Origin: Nitrospirota bacterium
Lineage (GTDB): Bacteria; Nitrospirota; UBA9217
Direction: 5' to 3'
Assembly (NCBI GenBank): GCA_963796285.1
Contig: CAWCKW010000012.1
Span: 896,001-960,000 of the forward strand
DNA: 64,000 nucleotides
Below the pieces are notes generated by a model. The model saw only the letters and a list, made by a program, of their open reading frames with translations, was not told the origin of the DNA and did not search any database. A program made the translations under genes and the position numbers. This document shows positions 49,859-59,630 of the stretch, piece after piece. Numbering within the stretch: the first letter of the stretch is position 1; the number at the start of each line of letters is the position of its first letter.

Positions 49859-50449
49859 TCATCCTGAAGTGGCCCCTCTCGTAGGACCGGCGTTATAGAT
49901 CGTCCCTCCTGTGGACGCATAATTCTGGAGTACTGCCACAGCATCCATGCGCAGTACGTCGCGCACCACCTCAATGCCGCGATCGTTGAGCGCTGTAACC
50001 CAGTCAATCATCTTGGGTCCTTCATCAAAACCAATGGCGCGAGCGTCTTCGTCTCGTGCCCCGCATACCAGTCTCTGCACACCGGACCAAGGAAGTGCGC
50101 CAAAGCACATGGCGCACGGTTCCGTCGTGGCAAAAAGATCGTAATTCAGCCGTCCACCATCGCTGAGATCGTATCTGCCCACAACCCTTTGAGCAAGAAC
50201 TAGTGCCACGATCTCCGCGTGGAATACAGAGCAGTTCGCGGTGACTACCAGGTTCACACCCGCAGCTACCAATCGACCATCATGTTCGAAAACCGCGGCA
50301 GCAAAAGGGCCTCCAGTTCCGTTCTGTACATTCCGATCAGAAAGGTCCAGTATGAACCGCATCCGGTCTTCTACGCTTTTGAATATTGTTGGAGCCGTCG
50401 CTAAAAAGCTCTCAACCCACTCAGGCAGATGTATGGTTACATGGGGCAT
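49859..50449 (-). CDS. Nucleoside/guanine deaminase family protein
   Basis: GGPFAA, HAE and EPCAMC. Confidence 0.92.
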   Translation of the reverse strand: MPHVTIHLPEWVESFLATAPTIFKSVEDRMRFILDLSDRNVQNGTGGPFAAAVFEHDGRLVAAGVNLVVTANCSVFHAEIVALVLAQRVVGRYDLSDGGRLNYDLFATTEPCAMCFGALPWSGVQRLVCGARDEDARAIGFDEGPKMIDWVTALNDRGIEVVRDVLRMDAVAVLQNYASTGGTIYNAGPTRGATSG

Positions 50450-50746
50450 ATTATTGCTGATCTCCTGACTGACACCTTTTTGATAATACTTGATCATGTC
50501 CTAAATTTACCGGTGGCCGCAGATTAGGATATTTGTGCAGATTGGCCTGAATCTTCCGTCTGTAAATCAGGAGGTAAGATTGAACTGCGGGTAGTCGAGC
50601 TGGAGCGAGATCAAAATGCCGATGAGTAGCACCACGATAGGCCAAAAAAGCGCTGAGAGAGCGAACCCTTATCAGTAAAGTACCCATACTCATTTTCCGC
50701 CATACGATTGTCCCCGAAGAATGGATTCATGGTTCAGGAAAACGCA

Positions 50747-51154
50747 TTATACTTTTTGTCTTGCCAGGTCTTCAAAATTTGTCTTTTTAAGCGTTTCGAC
50801 TATCTTTGACTGGACAGTGACCCACAGAAAATAGGTAGGGCAGTGTTTTGAAAAATTGCATTTCTTTTTATCGACAAGGCAGAGGTTTATGGCAAGTTTT
50901 CCTTCGATTGCATTCAGCACATCCAGCGCGGTGATCTCACGCGCCTGTTTGGCAAGCGAAAAACCACCTTTCACTCCGCGATAGGACCGTACGATCTTCG
51001 CCTTCACCAGTTTCTGAAGTATCTTTGCGAGAAAACTTCGTGGTATCTTGTATTCCTCGGAAATTTCATTCACGAAACTTACCTTGTTGAACGGCTGTCG
51101 GGCAAGATATAAGACACTTCTTATCCCGTAATCTCCCTCACGTGTAATTTGCAT
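50747..51154 (-). CDS. Rrf2-family regulator with 3 Cys (Fe-S type)
   Basis: FLAKILQKL...SYRGVKGGF...C..C..C. Confidence 0.93.
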   Translation of the reverse strand: MQITREGDYGIRSVLYLARQPFNKVSFVNEISEEYKIPRSFLAKILQKLVKAKIVRSYRGVKGGFSLAKQAREITALDVLNAIEGKLAINLCLVDKKKCNFSKHCPTYFLWVTVQSKIVETLKKTNFEDLARQKV

Positions 51155-51560
51155 GCTACAACTATATCAAACCTGCCGTCTTTGTCAAGCCCGATATGTT
51201 CCTTCTTCCCAATCAATGAAGCGGCAATATCTTAAAGCATTCAATCTTTTTTTTGTGATATAATGCAGCCAACGGGATACCGTACATGCAGATGTCGAGA
51301 CAGATAATGACTATTGTGACTGTGCTTCTCTCCGCTCTCTTTTTATCCTCATGACGCAGTAGACAAGATGGAGCCATTGAAGGAGCCGTTCTCCCGCCGG
51401 AAACGTCAGCACATATCGAATGTTTTCTTAAGTGTTTTATGATCGTCAGTGAACGGAAAACGGCAAGGTTGAAGTCATACATGGAACTGCCGTTTTTTCC
51501 GGCCCTGCGGGGTCTGACCAGATACATAACCGAATAGAGCTGAATCGTCTAGTACTCATT

Positions 51561-52242
51561 ATGAGAGAGATTAGGAGTCCGATACCCGTTAAGCTGTTCA
51601 TCGGGATGCTTTCACCTGAACCTGAACTATTCGACATATGCGCGAATATCGTATGCAAGGAATATGGTCCCATCGATTATCAAAGCGAGATCGTTCCATG
51701 GACTAATTCGGATTTCTACCAGGAAGAAATGGGATCCGGAATTTTACGAAAGTTTATTTTTTTCGAGCAATTGAGGGACCCCGGGGACCTGCCGGCAATA
51801 AAATTAAACACCATCAGGATCGAGAATAGCCTCGCAATTCAGACTGTGAAATAAAGCTCGACGCAGAATCAACCTCGACCCCGGATACGTGACCGAAGCC
51901 AAGGTCGTACTTGCAACAACCAAGGATTACACTCATCGCCTTTACATCGGCGAAGGCATCTATGCCGAAGTGACGCTCCGATACGTCAATAAAATTCGAA
52001 GCTTTACTCCCTTTGATTATACTTACCTCGACTATTGCTCGGAAACGTACATAACAATGTTCAATGAAGACCCGGGACATTCTGCGAACAGCGCTGCAAA
52101 TACACGCGCAGAAATGATCATGCACGAAGTAGTGAAGAGAGCGCTCAGGTATGGGAGGACATTGCTGCAGGAGGCACCGCTTGCTTCGGCATTGCTATGG
52201 AAAGAAAGATCTCTGCGGACCGTAAGGTCTCCGGAGAGATAA
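51561..52242 (+). CDS. DUF4416 family protein (frameshifted near 51845; 3' end uncertain)
   Basis: FYQEEMG, RINLDPGY, VLATTK and HRLYIG.GIYAE. Confidence 0.8.
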
Positions 52243-52673
52243 ATTCACGGGTTGGCAAATGAATCCTGTCGTAAGGTTGAATGTCTCTATCCACAAACGT
52301 CACGGTGAAGTCCTTCCAGGACTGAAATTCCTTCATTGATTGCCGGATCTGCTCATGGACCATCATTTCAATAACCTCGATGGTGACCTTACCTGTCTTC
52401 AAGAACATCCCCCCCCAGCGGTGAAGAGGAATTCATTTTCTGAAGCTTCAGAGTTTCGAGCAATTCCGCGTCGGTGATTATTCCATATTCGACGAGGAGG
52501 TCACCGATGGCCCGTGAATACGGAGAAAACGCCTGAAGTATTACCCTTGTAGAGCAGCATGGTCCGATGTTGTTTCCAGTTTCCAGGACCAGCTCCCCGG
52601 TGCGAAGCTCCATACCTATAATAAATAAAACATCCTCAACCGAAAAACCTGACGCTTCAGCCTTCTTGGTCAC
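52145..52673 (-). CDS. DUF4388/PATAN-like protein (frameshifted)
   Basis: DVLFII..E.RTGEL and IGDLLVEYGII; C-terminal part in 52145-52408. Confidence 0.6.
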
Positions 52674-53038
52674 GTATTAAACCATAAAAGCTGTCATCTG
52701 TCAAATCTGACAAATCATTATTTTGTCCCAAAGCATTACTTCAAGATCCACATACTACACCGCGTCACAAAGATTCCCAGCGACAAGTCTATAAATAGGC
52801 ATACACTAGCTCGCTACCTTATAACAATCGCGGCAATTTTCGCACTGTTTAGGCGATAGTGCGCATGGGTTCGGCAATTATTCCTGCTATCTGAGATAAG
52901 CAGCATCATCAGTCATTACTTACTGTTTGAAATTCACAATATAATTCACATACATAACCGCCTCGCAACACATACTCAAATAGCATGAATATGACGGCAC
53001 TTTTGATACAAATCGTTTATAAAAAGGCATTCATAAAA

Positions 53039-53104
53039 TGTGATTTGAATCACAAATATTGTGTAATCAGAATCACATACTATCTTTCGATCTTAACGTA
53101 CAAT
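53039..53104 (+). promoter_or_regulatory. Tandem CRP/FNR-family boxes with class II promoter, copy 1
   Basis: TGTGA-N6-TCACA and TGTAA-N6-TCACA; -10 TACAAT places the proximal box at -41.5. Confidence 0.7.
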
Positions 53105-53177
53105 TGCACCAACTTTAAATCCAAATCTCACTCAATCTATTGCGGGTAGTAACAGATTTCATATTTTTTCAAATTTT

Positions 53178-53240
53178 TTCTGCTCAGAGCAAAGGGAGTA
53201 ATGAGTTACCAGATTCACTGTACGTAGAGCCGCCCGAGAG
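53178..53240 (+). ncRNA. Degenerate GEMM-I riboswitch with P2 deleted
   Basis: CTGCTCAGAGCAAA joined directly to GGGAGTAA; GAGCCGCC retained. Confidence 0.65.
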
Positions 53241-53289
53241 AATCACCGGTATTTAAATATTGCCCGAAACAGAGGAGGAACACTAACTG

Positions 53290-53688
53290 ATGGTTAACAA
53301 AAAGGCATGCTTCGTTCTTTTTGTATCACTGATTGTTACAAGCCTGTTCGGATGCGGAGGAGGCGGTGCCAATCTAGATGGCTCAACAAGCAACAACAGC
53401 GACCAGACAGCGACAGAAGGGGTAGCTTTAACATTGGCTTGGGATGCGCCAACAACGAACACAGACGGATCTTCCTTGAATCCTGCGACTGATCTATCTC
53501 AGTATAAAATATACTATGGAACGGCATCTTTTACATATATACAAGTAGTGGATGTCACAAATCCTGGGACGACTACAATTTCAAAAACCTTGAACCTTTC
53601 ACCAGGGACATACTATTTTTCGGTAACTACAGTAGATGCCTCTGGGCAGGAAAGCAGCTATTCAAATGAAGTAATGAAAACGATTTAA
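53290..53688 (+). CDS. FN3-domain lipoprotein, paralog 1 (no Ig repeats)
   Basis: Lipobox LFGC; LAWDAPTTNTDGS...YKIYYG...GTYYFSVT...ESSYSNEV. Confidence 0.9.
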   Translation: MVNKKACFVLFVSLIVTSLFGCGGGGANLDGSTSNNSDQTATEGVALTLAWDAPTTNTDGSSLNPATDLSQYKIYYGTASFTYIQVVDVTNPGTTTISKTLNLSPGTYYFSVTTVDASGQESSYSNEVMKTI

Positions 53689-53696
53689 TATACAAT

Positions 53697-53737
53697 AAAA
53701 CATGCCCCCCAGCTGCATCGGGGGGCATTTTGTTTTT
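53697..53737 (+). terminator. Intrinsic terminator, copy 1
   Basis: ATGCCCCCC...GGGGGGCAT-TTTGTTTTT. Confidence 0.85.
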
Positions 53738-54397
53738 ATACAAGAATAATTTTGGCACTTCGTGTGAACTTACGAGCGAAAAAGCATGCCCCATTTTACG
53801 CATCCAATGATTATCGTTTAAACCCGCATATAGAATGTACTTGAAACACAATAACATCGGCATGCATCATCTTTCATGAAGCAATCGTGATGCAGTCCTA
53901 ATCTCTGCATTGCTTATCTGATCTTCTTCACAATTATCTCCTTCGCAATGTCCTAATCAAATATGATCATGATCTTACCATGCTGGATCACAGAATAAGT
54001 TCTGTGAAACTTTATCACGGTGCCAGGCACGGCCCCATTGCAGGAAGACGATGCACGCTCTTATAAAACGACCTCTATCGTTTGCTTTAATTCAAAGCGT
54101 CATTAGAAACAGACTCACTTAGGAACACTCCCTCCACTCCCAAATACACATTAACGATAACGTTACCTAGACCATCAGGCTTGCATCCACTTCCGATTTT
54201 TTCCAGAGCATCTCCGTAACACTGTCCGCAGTTTCAATAATCCTGCCAGTTTTTTAACAATGACATCAGCGGACGTTTCCTCATGCTTGAGCCGTCGGCA
54301 AATCACATTCTTTTTTACCACGAACCATAGATCATTACAGAATATTTATTGACGGCGACGTTGACGTGCTTCGTCATAATATCGTGCATTCATACAA

Positions 54398-54463
54398 TGT
54401 AACTCGAATCACAAATAATGTGTATTCGAAGTCACAGACTATCCTTCGGGTCTAACGTACTAT
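54398..54463 (+). promoter_or_regulatory. Tandem CRP/FNR-family boxes with class II promoter, copy 2
   Basis: TGTAA-N6-TCACA and TGTAT-N6-TCACA; -10 TACTAT. Confidence 0.65.
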
Positions 54464-54533
54464 TACATCAACGTGAGATTCAACTCTCACATGATCATTG
54501 ATGGCATTCATAGTTTTATGACTTTTTTTATCT

Positions 54534-54627
54534 TTCTCTGCTCAGAGCAAACCAGGGGAAACCCTGGGACGCAGAGAAACGGGACTAACGAATTACTGGA
54601 GTCAATGTCCGCCGAGCCGCCAGAGAG
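54534..54627 (+). ncRNA. Cyclic dinucleotide GEMM-I riboswitch, A20 (c-AMP-GMP-type) variant
   Basis: P1 CUCUG/CAGAG; AGCAAACCAGG-GGAAAC-CCUGGGACGC; P3 ending GCCGAGCCGCC. Confidence 0.85.
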
Positions 54628-54672
54628 AATCACCGGCATTTATGTATTGCTCGAACAGAGGAGGAACACCAA

Positions 54673-55656
54673 ATGGTTAACAAAAAGGCATGTGTCATTC
54701 TTTTGACATCGCTGATCATTACAAGCTTGTTCGGCTGCGGAAGCGGAGGAGGTACTGCCAATCTCGATACATCGGCAAGCAGCAGCGGCGCCCAACTTGA
54801 ATCCATCGCATTAACGCCGACAAACCCAACGATCGCTGTAGATACCGATATACAATTCACCGCTACCGGCACATACTCGGACAACACAACAAAAGACCTG
54901 ACATCGACAGTAACATGGACCTCATCGTCTCTGGATGCTTTGAATGTTGCATCCGGCGCTGATGTTGCACAATTCACAGGATTCTCCGCATCAACAGCCG
55001 ATAACTCAAGCACGCTCCTCAGTGCGGGGCGCACAAAAGCCACGCGTTCTGGCAAGGCAAAGATCACGGCAAAGTGGGGAAGCATTTCAGGATCGACTAC
55101 TGTAACAGTGACTTCGGCAACACTCGTATCCATAGCCATCACCCCGACCGATCCAAGCATTGTCAAGGGAACAAACCAGCAGTTCGTTGCCACAGGTACA
55201 TTCTCAGACAATACAACGCAGGACCTGACGATAACAGTAACCTGGAGTTCATCGGATGCGGCTGTGGCAGCCATCAGTAACGCAGCAGGTTCCAATGGAT
55301 TGGCAACCTCTGTAGCCACTGGCTCAACAACGATCACGGCAACATCAGGGAGCGTTTCAGGAACTGCCACACTTGCCGTAACCGTGGGGGGTGTTGTATC
55401 TTTGGCGTGGGATGCGCCAACGACAAACACAGACGGATCGTCCTTGAATCCTGCGACTGATCTATCTCTGTACAAAATATACTATGGATCGGCATCTCTT
55501 ACGTATGCAACAGTATTGAATGTCACAAATCCGGGGACAACTACCATATCACAGACCTTGAACCTTTCACCAGGGACATACTATTTTTCGGTGACAACGG
55601 TAGATGCCTCTGGTCAGGAAAGCAGCTATTCAAACGAAGTAATGAAAACAATTTAA
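54673..55656 (+). CDS. Lipoprotein with 2 Big_2 Ig-like domains plus FN3, paralog 2
   Basis: LFGC; two SIA.TP...QF.ATGT.SD..T.DLT..VTW.SS repeats. Confidence 0.92.
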   Translation: MVNKKACVILLTSLIITSLFGCGSGGGTANLDTSASSSGAQLESIALTPTNPTIAVDTDIQFTATGTYSDNTTKDLTSTVTWTSSSLDALNVASGADVAQFTGFSASTADNSSTLLSAGRTKATRSGKAKITAKWGSISGSTTVTVTSATLVSIAITPTDPSIVKGTNQQFVATGTFSDNTTQDLTITVTWSSSDAAVAAISNAAGSNGLATSVATGSTTITATSGSVSGTATLAVTVGGVVSLAWDAPTTNTDGSSLNPATDLSLYKIYYGSASLTYATVLNVTNPGTTTISQTLNLSPGTYYFSVTTVDASGQESSYSNEVMKTI

Positions 55657-55665
55657 CATACAACA

Positions 55666-55705
55666 AAACATGCCCCCCCAGCCGTACCGGGGGGGCATTC
55701 TGTTT
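55666..55705 (+). terminator. Intrinsic terminator, copy 2
   Basis: ATGCCCCCCC...GGGGGGGCAT-TCTGTTT. Confidence 0.8.
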
Positions 55706-56517
55706 GTAAACAAGCAATATTGGGCACTTCGTTTGCACAATGGAGCGAAGAAGCATGGCTCATATTGTGCGTGCAATAATGATCGTTTAAACCCACTTAT
55801 AGAAAGTAATTGAAACTCAATAACAGCAGCATGCATTCTTTCTTGCAGCGATCGTGAATCAGTCCTAATCTCTGCATTGCTTATCTGATCTTCTTCACCA
55901 ATAATCCTTCGTGATATCGATATCAAATGCGACCATCGTCCTACCAAGCTGGATCATATAATAAGTTATTTTCTGGTAAAGTTTGGCCACAGTGCCAGGC
56001 ACTTCCCCATTGCAGAAAAGACGATCATGAAGATAAAGTGCTGCGTTCTCATAAATTTGATCTCCGAGAAATAGTTTACGATGAGAAACGCTCAATGTGG
56101 TAAGCGACAGAGAGGACATCGCTTGGGGAAGTCAAATCTATTCTAACGTGTTAAATTGTGACTAGGCACATAAATACTTTTCGTGCATATCTTTAAACGA
56201 TTCGTATACTTCTATTCAAAGCGACATCATAAACGACCACGCAGGAACACCTCCTCCACTCCCAATACACATGACCATAACGTTACCTAGACCATCAGCC
56301 TTGCATCCTACTTCCGATTTTTTCAGAGCATCTCCGTAAGACTGTCCGCAGTTTCAATAATCCTGCCAGTTTTCTAACAATGACATCAGCGGACGTTTCC
56401 TCATGCTTGAGCCGTCGGCAAATCACATTCTTTATTACCACGAACCATAGATCATTACAGAATATTTATTGACGGCGACGTTGACGTGCTTCGTCATAAT
56501 ATCGTGCATTCATACAA

Positions 56518-56583
56518 TGTAACTGGAATCACAAATAATGTGTATTCGCTGTCACAGACTATCCTGCGAGCCTAACGTACTAT
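56518..56583 (+). promoter_or_regulatory. Tandem CRP/FNR-family boxes with class II promoter, copy 3
   Basis: Same arrangement as copy 2; differences fall in the N6 spacers. Confidence 0.65.
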
Positions 56584-56652
56584 TACATCAACGTGAGATT
56601 CAAATCTCACACGATCTTTGAGAGCGTTAATAGATTCAGACTTTTTCAATCT

Positions 56653-56746
56653 TTCTCTGCTCAGAGCAAACCAGGGGAAACCCTGGGACGCAGAGAAACG
56701 GGACTAACGAATTACTGGAGTCAATGTCCGCCGAGCCGCCAGAGAG
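56653..56746 (+). ncRNA. Cyclic dinucleotide GEMM-I riboswitch, A20 variant (identical to 54534-54627)
   Basis: Same sequence; A20 equivalent at 56665. Confidence 0.85.
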
Positions 56747-56791
56747 AATCGCCGGCATTTATGTATTGCTCGAACAGAGGAGGAACACCAA

Positions 56792-58855
56792 ATGGTTAAC
56801 AAAAAGGCATGTGTCATTCTTTTGACATCGCTGATCATTACAAGCTTGTTCGGCTGCGGAAGCGGAGGAGGTACTGCCAATCTCGATACATCGGCAAGCA
56901 GCAGCGGCGCCCAACTTGAATCCATCGCATTAACGCCGACAAACCCAACGATCGCTGTAGATACCGATATACAATTCACCGCTACCGGCACATACTCGGA
57001 CAACACAACAAAAGACCTGACATCGACAGTAACATGGACCTCATCGTCTGTGGATGCTTTGAATGTTGCATCCAGCACTGATGTTGCACAGTTCACAGGA
57101 TTCTCCGCATCAACAGCCGATAACTCAAGCACGCTCCTCAGTGCGGGGCGCACAAAAGCCACGCGTTCTGGCAGGGCAAAGATCACGGCAAAGTGGGGAA
57201 GCATTTCCGGATCGACTACTGTAACAGTGACTTCGGCAACACTCGTATCCATAGCCATCACCCCGACCGATCCAAGCATTGTCAAGGGAACAAACCAGCA
57301 GTTCGTTGCCACAGGTACATTCTCAGACGATACAACGCAGGACCTGACGACAACAGTAACCTGGAGTTCATCGGATGCGGCTGTGGCAGCCATCAGTAAC
57401 GCAGCAGGATCCAATGGGTTGACAACCTCAGCAGCCGCCGGCTCAACAACGATCACGGCAGCATCGGGAAGCATATCGGGTTCAACTTCGCTGACGGTAA
57501 CTTCGGCTGTACTCGTGTCCATAGCAGTAAACCCGACGAGCCCGAGCATAGCGCCAGGGACTACGCAGCAGTTTACTGCCACAGGCACTTACTCCGACAA
57601 TACGACGCAGGACCTGACTACAACAGTGATGTGGAATTCATCGACTGCGGCAGTTGCCACCATTAGTAACGCGGCAGGTTCCAACGGATTGGCTAATTCT
57701 GTAGCCACGGGCTCAACTACGATCACGGCAACATCGGGAAGTATTTCAGGAATTTCCACGCTGACAGTGACACCCGCAACGCTCGTTTCCATTGCGCTCA
57801 CCCCTACCAATCCAAGTATTGCGCTGGGGACATCCAAGCAGTTCACTGCAACGGGGACGTACTCCGATAATTCGACGCAGAACCTGACCACGTCAGTAAC
57901 TTGGAAGTCATCATCGACGACTGTTGCAGCCATCAGTAACGCAGCAGGTTCCAATGGTAAGGCAACATCAGTGGCCGCGGGCTCAACAACGATTACGGCA
58001 ACATCGGGAAGTATATCGGGATCTACCACGCTTACGGTGACCTCGGCTACACTCGTATCCATAGCGGTTACCCCGACCAACCCAAGCATTGCGCTGGGGA
58101 CATCCAAGCAGTTCACTGCCACGGGGACGTACTCCGATAATTCGACGCAAAACCTGACCACATCAGCAACTTGGAAGTCATCATCGACGACTGTTGCAGC
58201 CATCAGTAACGCAGCAGGTTCCAATGGTAAGGCAACATCAGTAGCCGCGGGTTCAACAACGATCACGGCAACATCGGGAAGTATATCGGGATCTACCACG
58301 CTTACGGTGACCTCGGCTACACTCGTATCCATAGCGGTTACCCCGATTAATCAGAGCATTTCGCTTGGAGCAACACAGCAATTCACCGCAACAGGGACTT
58401 ACTCCAATAGTTCAACACAGAACCTGACGACCGCAGTAACCTGGAAGTCATCAACGGCGGCTATTGCAAGTATCAGTAACGCAGCAGGTTCCAATGGACT
58501 GGCAACCTCGGTAGCAGCTGGCTCAACGACGATAACAGCAACGTCAGGGAGCGTTTCAGGAACTGCCACTCTTGCCGTAACCGGGAGCGGTGTTATATCT
58601 TTGGCGTGGGATGCGCCAACGACGAATACAGATGGATCTTCCCTGAATCCTGCGACTGATCTATCCCTGTACAAAATATACTATGGATCGGCATCTCTTA
58701 CATATGCAACAGTTGTGAATGTCACAAATCCTGGGACGACTACAATTTCAAAGACCTTGAACCTTTCACCGGGGACATACTATTTTTCGGTGACGACAGT
58801 AGATTCCTCCGGTCAGGAAAGCAGCTATTCAAATGAAGTAATGAAGACGATATAA
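56792..58855 (+). CDS. Lipoprotein with 6 Big_2 Ig-like domains plus FN3, paralog 3 (Lig-like adhesin architecture)
   Basis: LFGC; 90-aa (270-bp) tandem repeats; C-terminal FN3 shared with paralogs 1 and 2. Confidence 0.93.
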   Translation: MVNKKACVILLTSLIITSLFGCGSGGGTANLDTSASSSGAQLESIALTPTNPTIAVDTDIQFTATGTYSDNTTKDLTSTVTWTSSSVDALNVASSTDVAQFTGFSASTADNSSTLLSAGRTKATRSGRAKITAKWGSISGSTTVTVTSATLVSIAITPTDPSIVKGTNQQFVATGTFSDDTTQDLTTTVTWSSSDAAVAAISNAAGSNGLTTSAAAGSTTITAASGSISGSTSLTVTSAVLVSIAVNPTSPSIAPGTTQQFTATGTYSDNTTQDLTTTVMWNSSTAAVATISNAAGSNGLANSVATGSTTITATSGSISGISTLTVTPATLVSIALTPTNPSIALGTSKQFTATGTYSDNSTQNLTTSVTWKSSSTTVAAISNAAGSNGKATSVAAGSTTITATSGSISGSTTLTVTSATLVSIAVTPTNPSIALGTSKQFTATGTYSDNSTQNLTTSATWKSSSTTVAAISNAAGSNGKATSVAAGSTTITATSGSISGSTTLTVTSATLVSIAVTPINQSISLGATQQFTATGTYSNSSTQNLTTAVTWKSSTAAIASISNAAGSNGLATSVAAGSTTITATSGSVSGTATLAVTGSGVISLAWDAPTTNTDGSSLNPATDLSLYKIYYGSASLTYATVVNVTNPGTTTISKTLNLSPGTYYFSVTTVDSSGQESSYSNEVMKTI

Positions 58856-58860
58856 GATAC

Positions 58861-58900
58861 AAACAGAATGCCTTCCAGCAGCACCGGAGGCATTCTGTTT
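58861..58900 (+). terminator. Intrinsic (bidirectional) terminator, copy 3
   Basis: AAACAGAATGCC...GGCATTCTGTTT. Confidence 0.8.
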
Positions 58901-58979
58901 CATTACCTGCTTGAGTTATATGTCGATTGCTGAAACGAGATTAACATTGTGCTTATGACGGAGTCCTATACTATAATAG

Positions 58980-59150
58980 GTGGTTACGCCGGCTAATTTC
59001 CCACTTGGAACCACCTGCTTTCAGTGACTTTGATGAGTATGGACTTGCCGGAGTTGGAGTTGCATACGACGGCTATTGTAATAGGCAGGGTGGGTGCTTC
59101 TGGGTCGGACTTGAACACTGGCGCCATTTTCAGTTTTATTCCTTCATCTT
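58980..59150 (-). pseudogene. feoB: Decayed 5' remnant of feoB
   Basis: ITIAVVCNSNSGKSILI...QVGN* resembles the FeoB G1/G2 motifs (GNPNSGKS...VGNWPG). Confidence 0.65.
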
Positions 59151-59164
59151 CCCTCCGTGCCTTC

Positions 59165-59395
59165 AATTAAGCTTCTGCACATCAACCCACTCCGTTTTTC
59201 TCTTTTTTCTGGACGAAAGGTGTTAGTTTTTGATCTGCACCTCGATGCGGTCGTCGAGAGGGGCAACTATCCTGATCCAGGTCTCTTCCCCAACGAGCAC
59301 AGCCATGTCCATGAATCTCCGCTTGAACGGACCGAGCGATCCGGTCCGTGTGATCTTCCTTTTTCGCTGACTTTCAGCATTGCCGGATTCTTCAT
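59165..59395 (-). pseudogene. feoA: FeoA pseudogene
   Basis: FKRRFMDMAVLVGEE...VAPLDDRIEVQIKN* with a frameshift and an in-frame stop. Confidence 0.7.
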
Positions 59396-59620
59396 ACTAT
59401 TCTCCGCACCGTGATGTTCATTGCCAGACCCCGGACGAGAGTGATCCTGGATTCATCGACTCTGATCAGGATTGGGCCTTTGCCGTTGTTATCCAATATC
59501 TCGACCAAATTTCCTGCGCGTAAATTCCATGTCCTCAATCCGCGCATAGGAATGCTTTCCAGGAATGATCGCCCCGACCTGCGCCGCATCTCTTGAATGT
59601 AACAACCCCAAAGGAAACAT
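59392..59620 (-). pseudogene. feoA: FeoA family protein, frameshifted
   Basis: MFPLGLL...RIEDM | LRAGNLVEIL..GPILIRVDESRITL.RGLAMNI. Confidence 0.75.
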
Positions 59621-59630
59621 GCCATACCTT

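Larger units (their letters stand above)
53689..57430. repeat. Tandem segmental duplication (about 2.1 kb period) covering spacers and genes
   Basis: 53689-54060 resembles 55657-56030; 54120-55310 resembles 56240-57430 (offset about 2119). Confidence 0.9.

Noticed and set aside
51160-51555. ORFs between Rrf2 and DUF4416
   Set aside because: No family motif; probably divergent promoter DNA.
54630-58674. Long antisense ORFs over the Ig genes, and similar shadow ORFs across the window
   Set aside because: They are reverse-frame shadows caused by codon bias and repeats.
56792-58855. CRISPR array or diversity-generating retroelement
   Set aside because: The repeats are in-frame 270-bp coding units; there is no spacer structure, cas gene, reverse transcriptase or adenine-specific variation.
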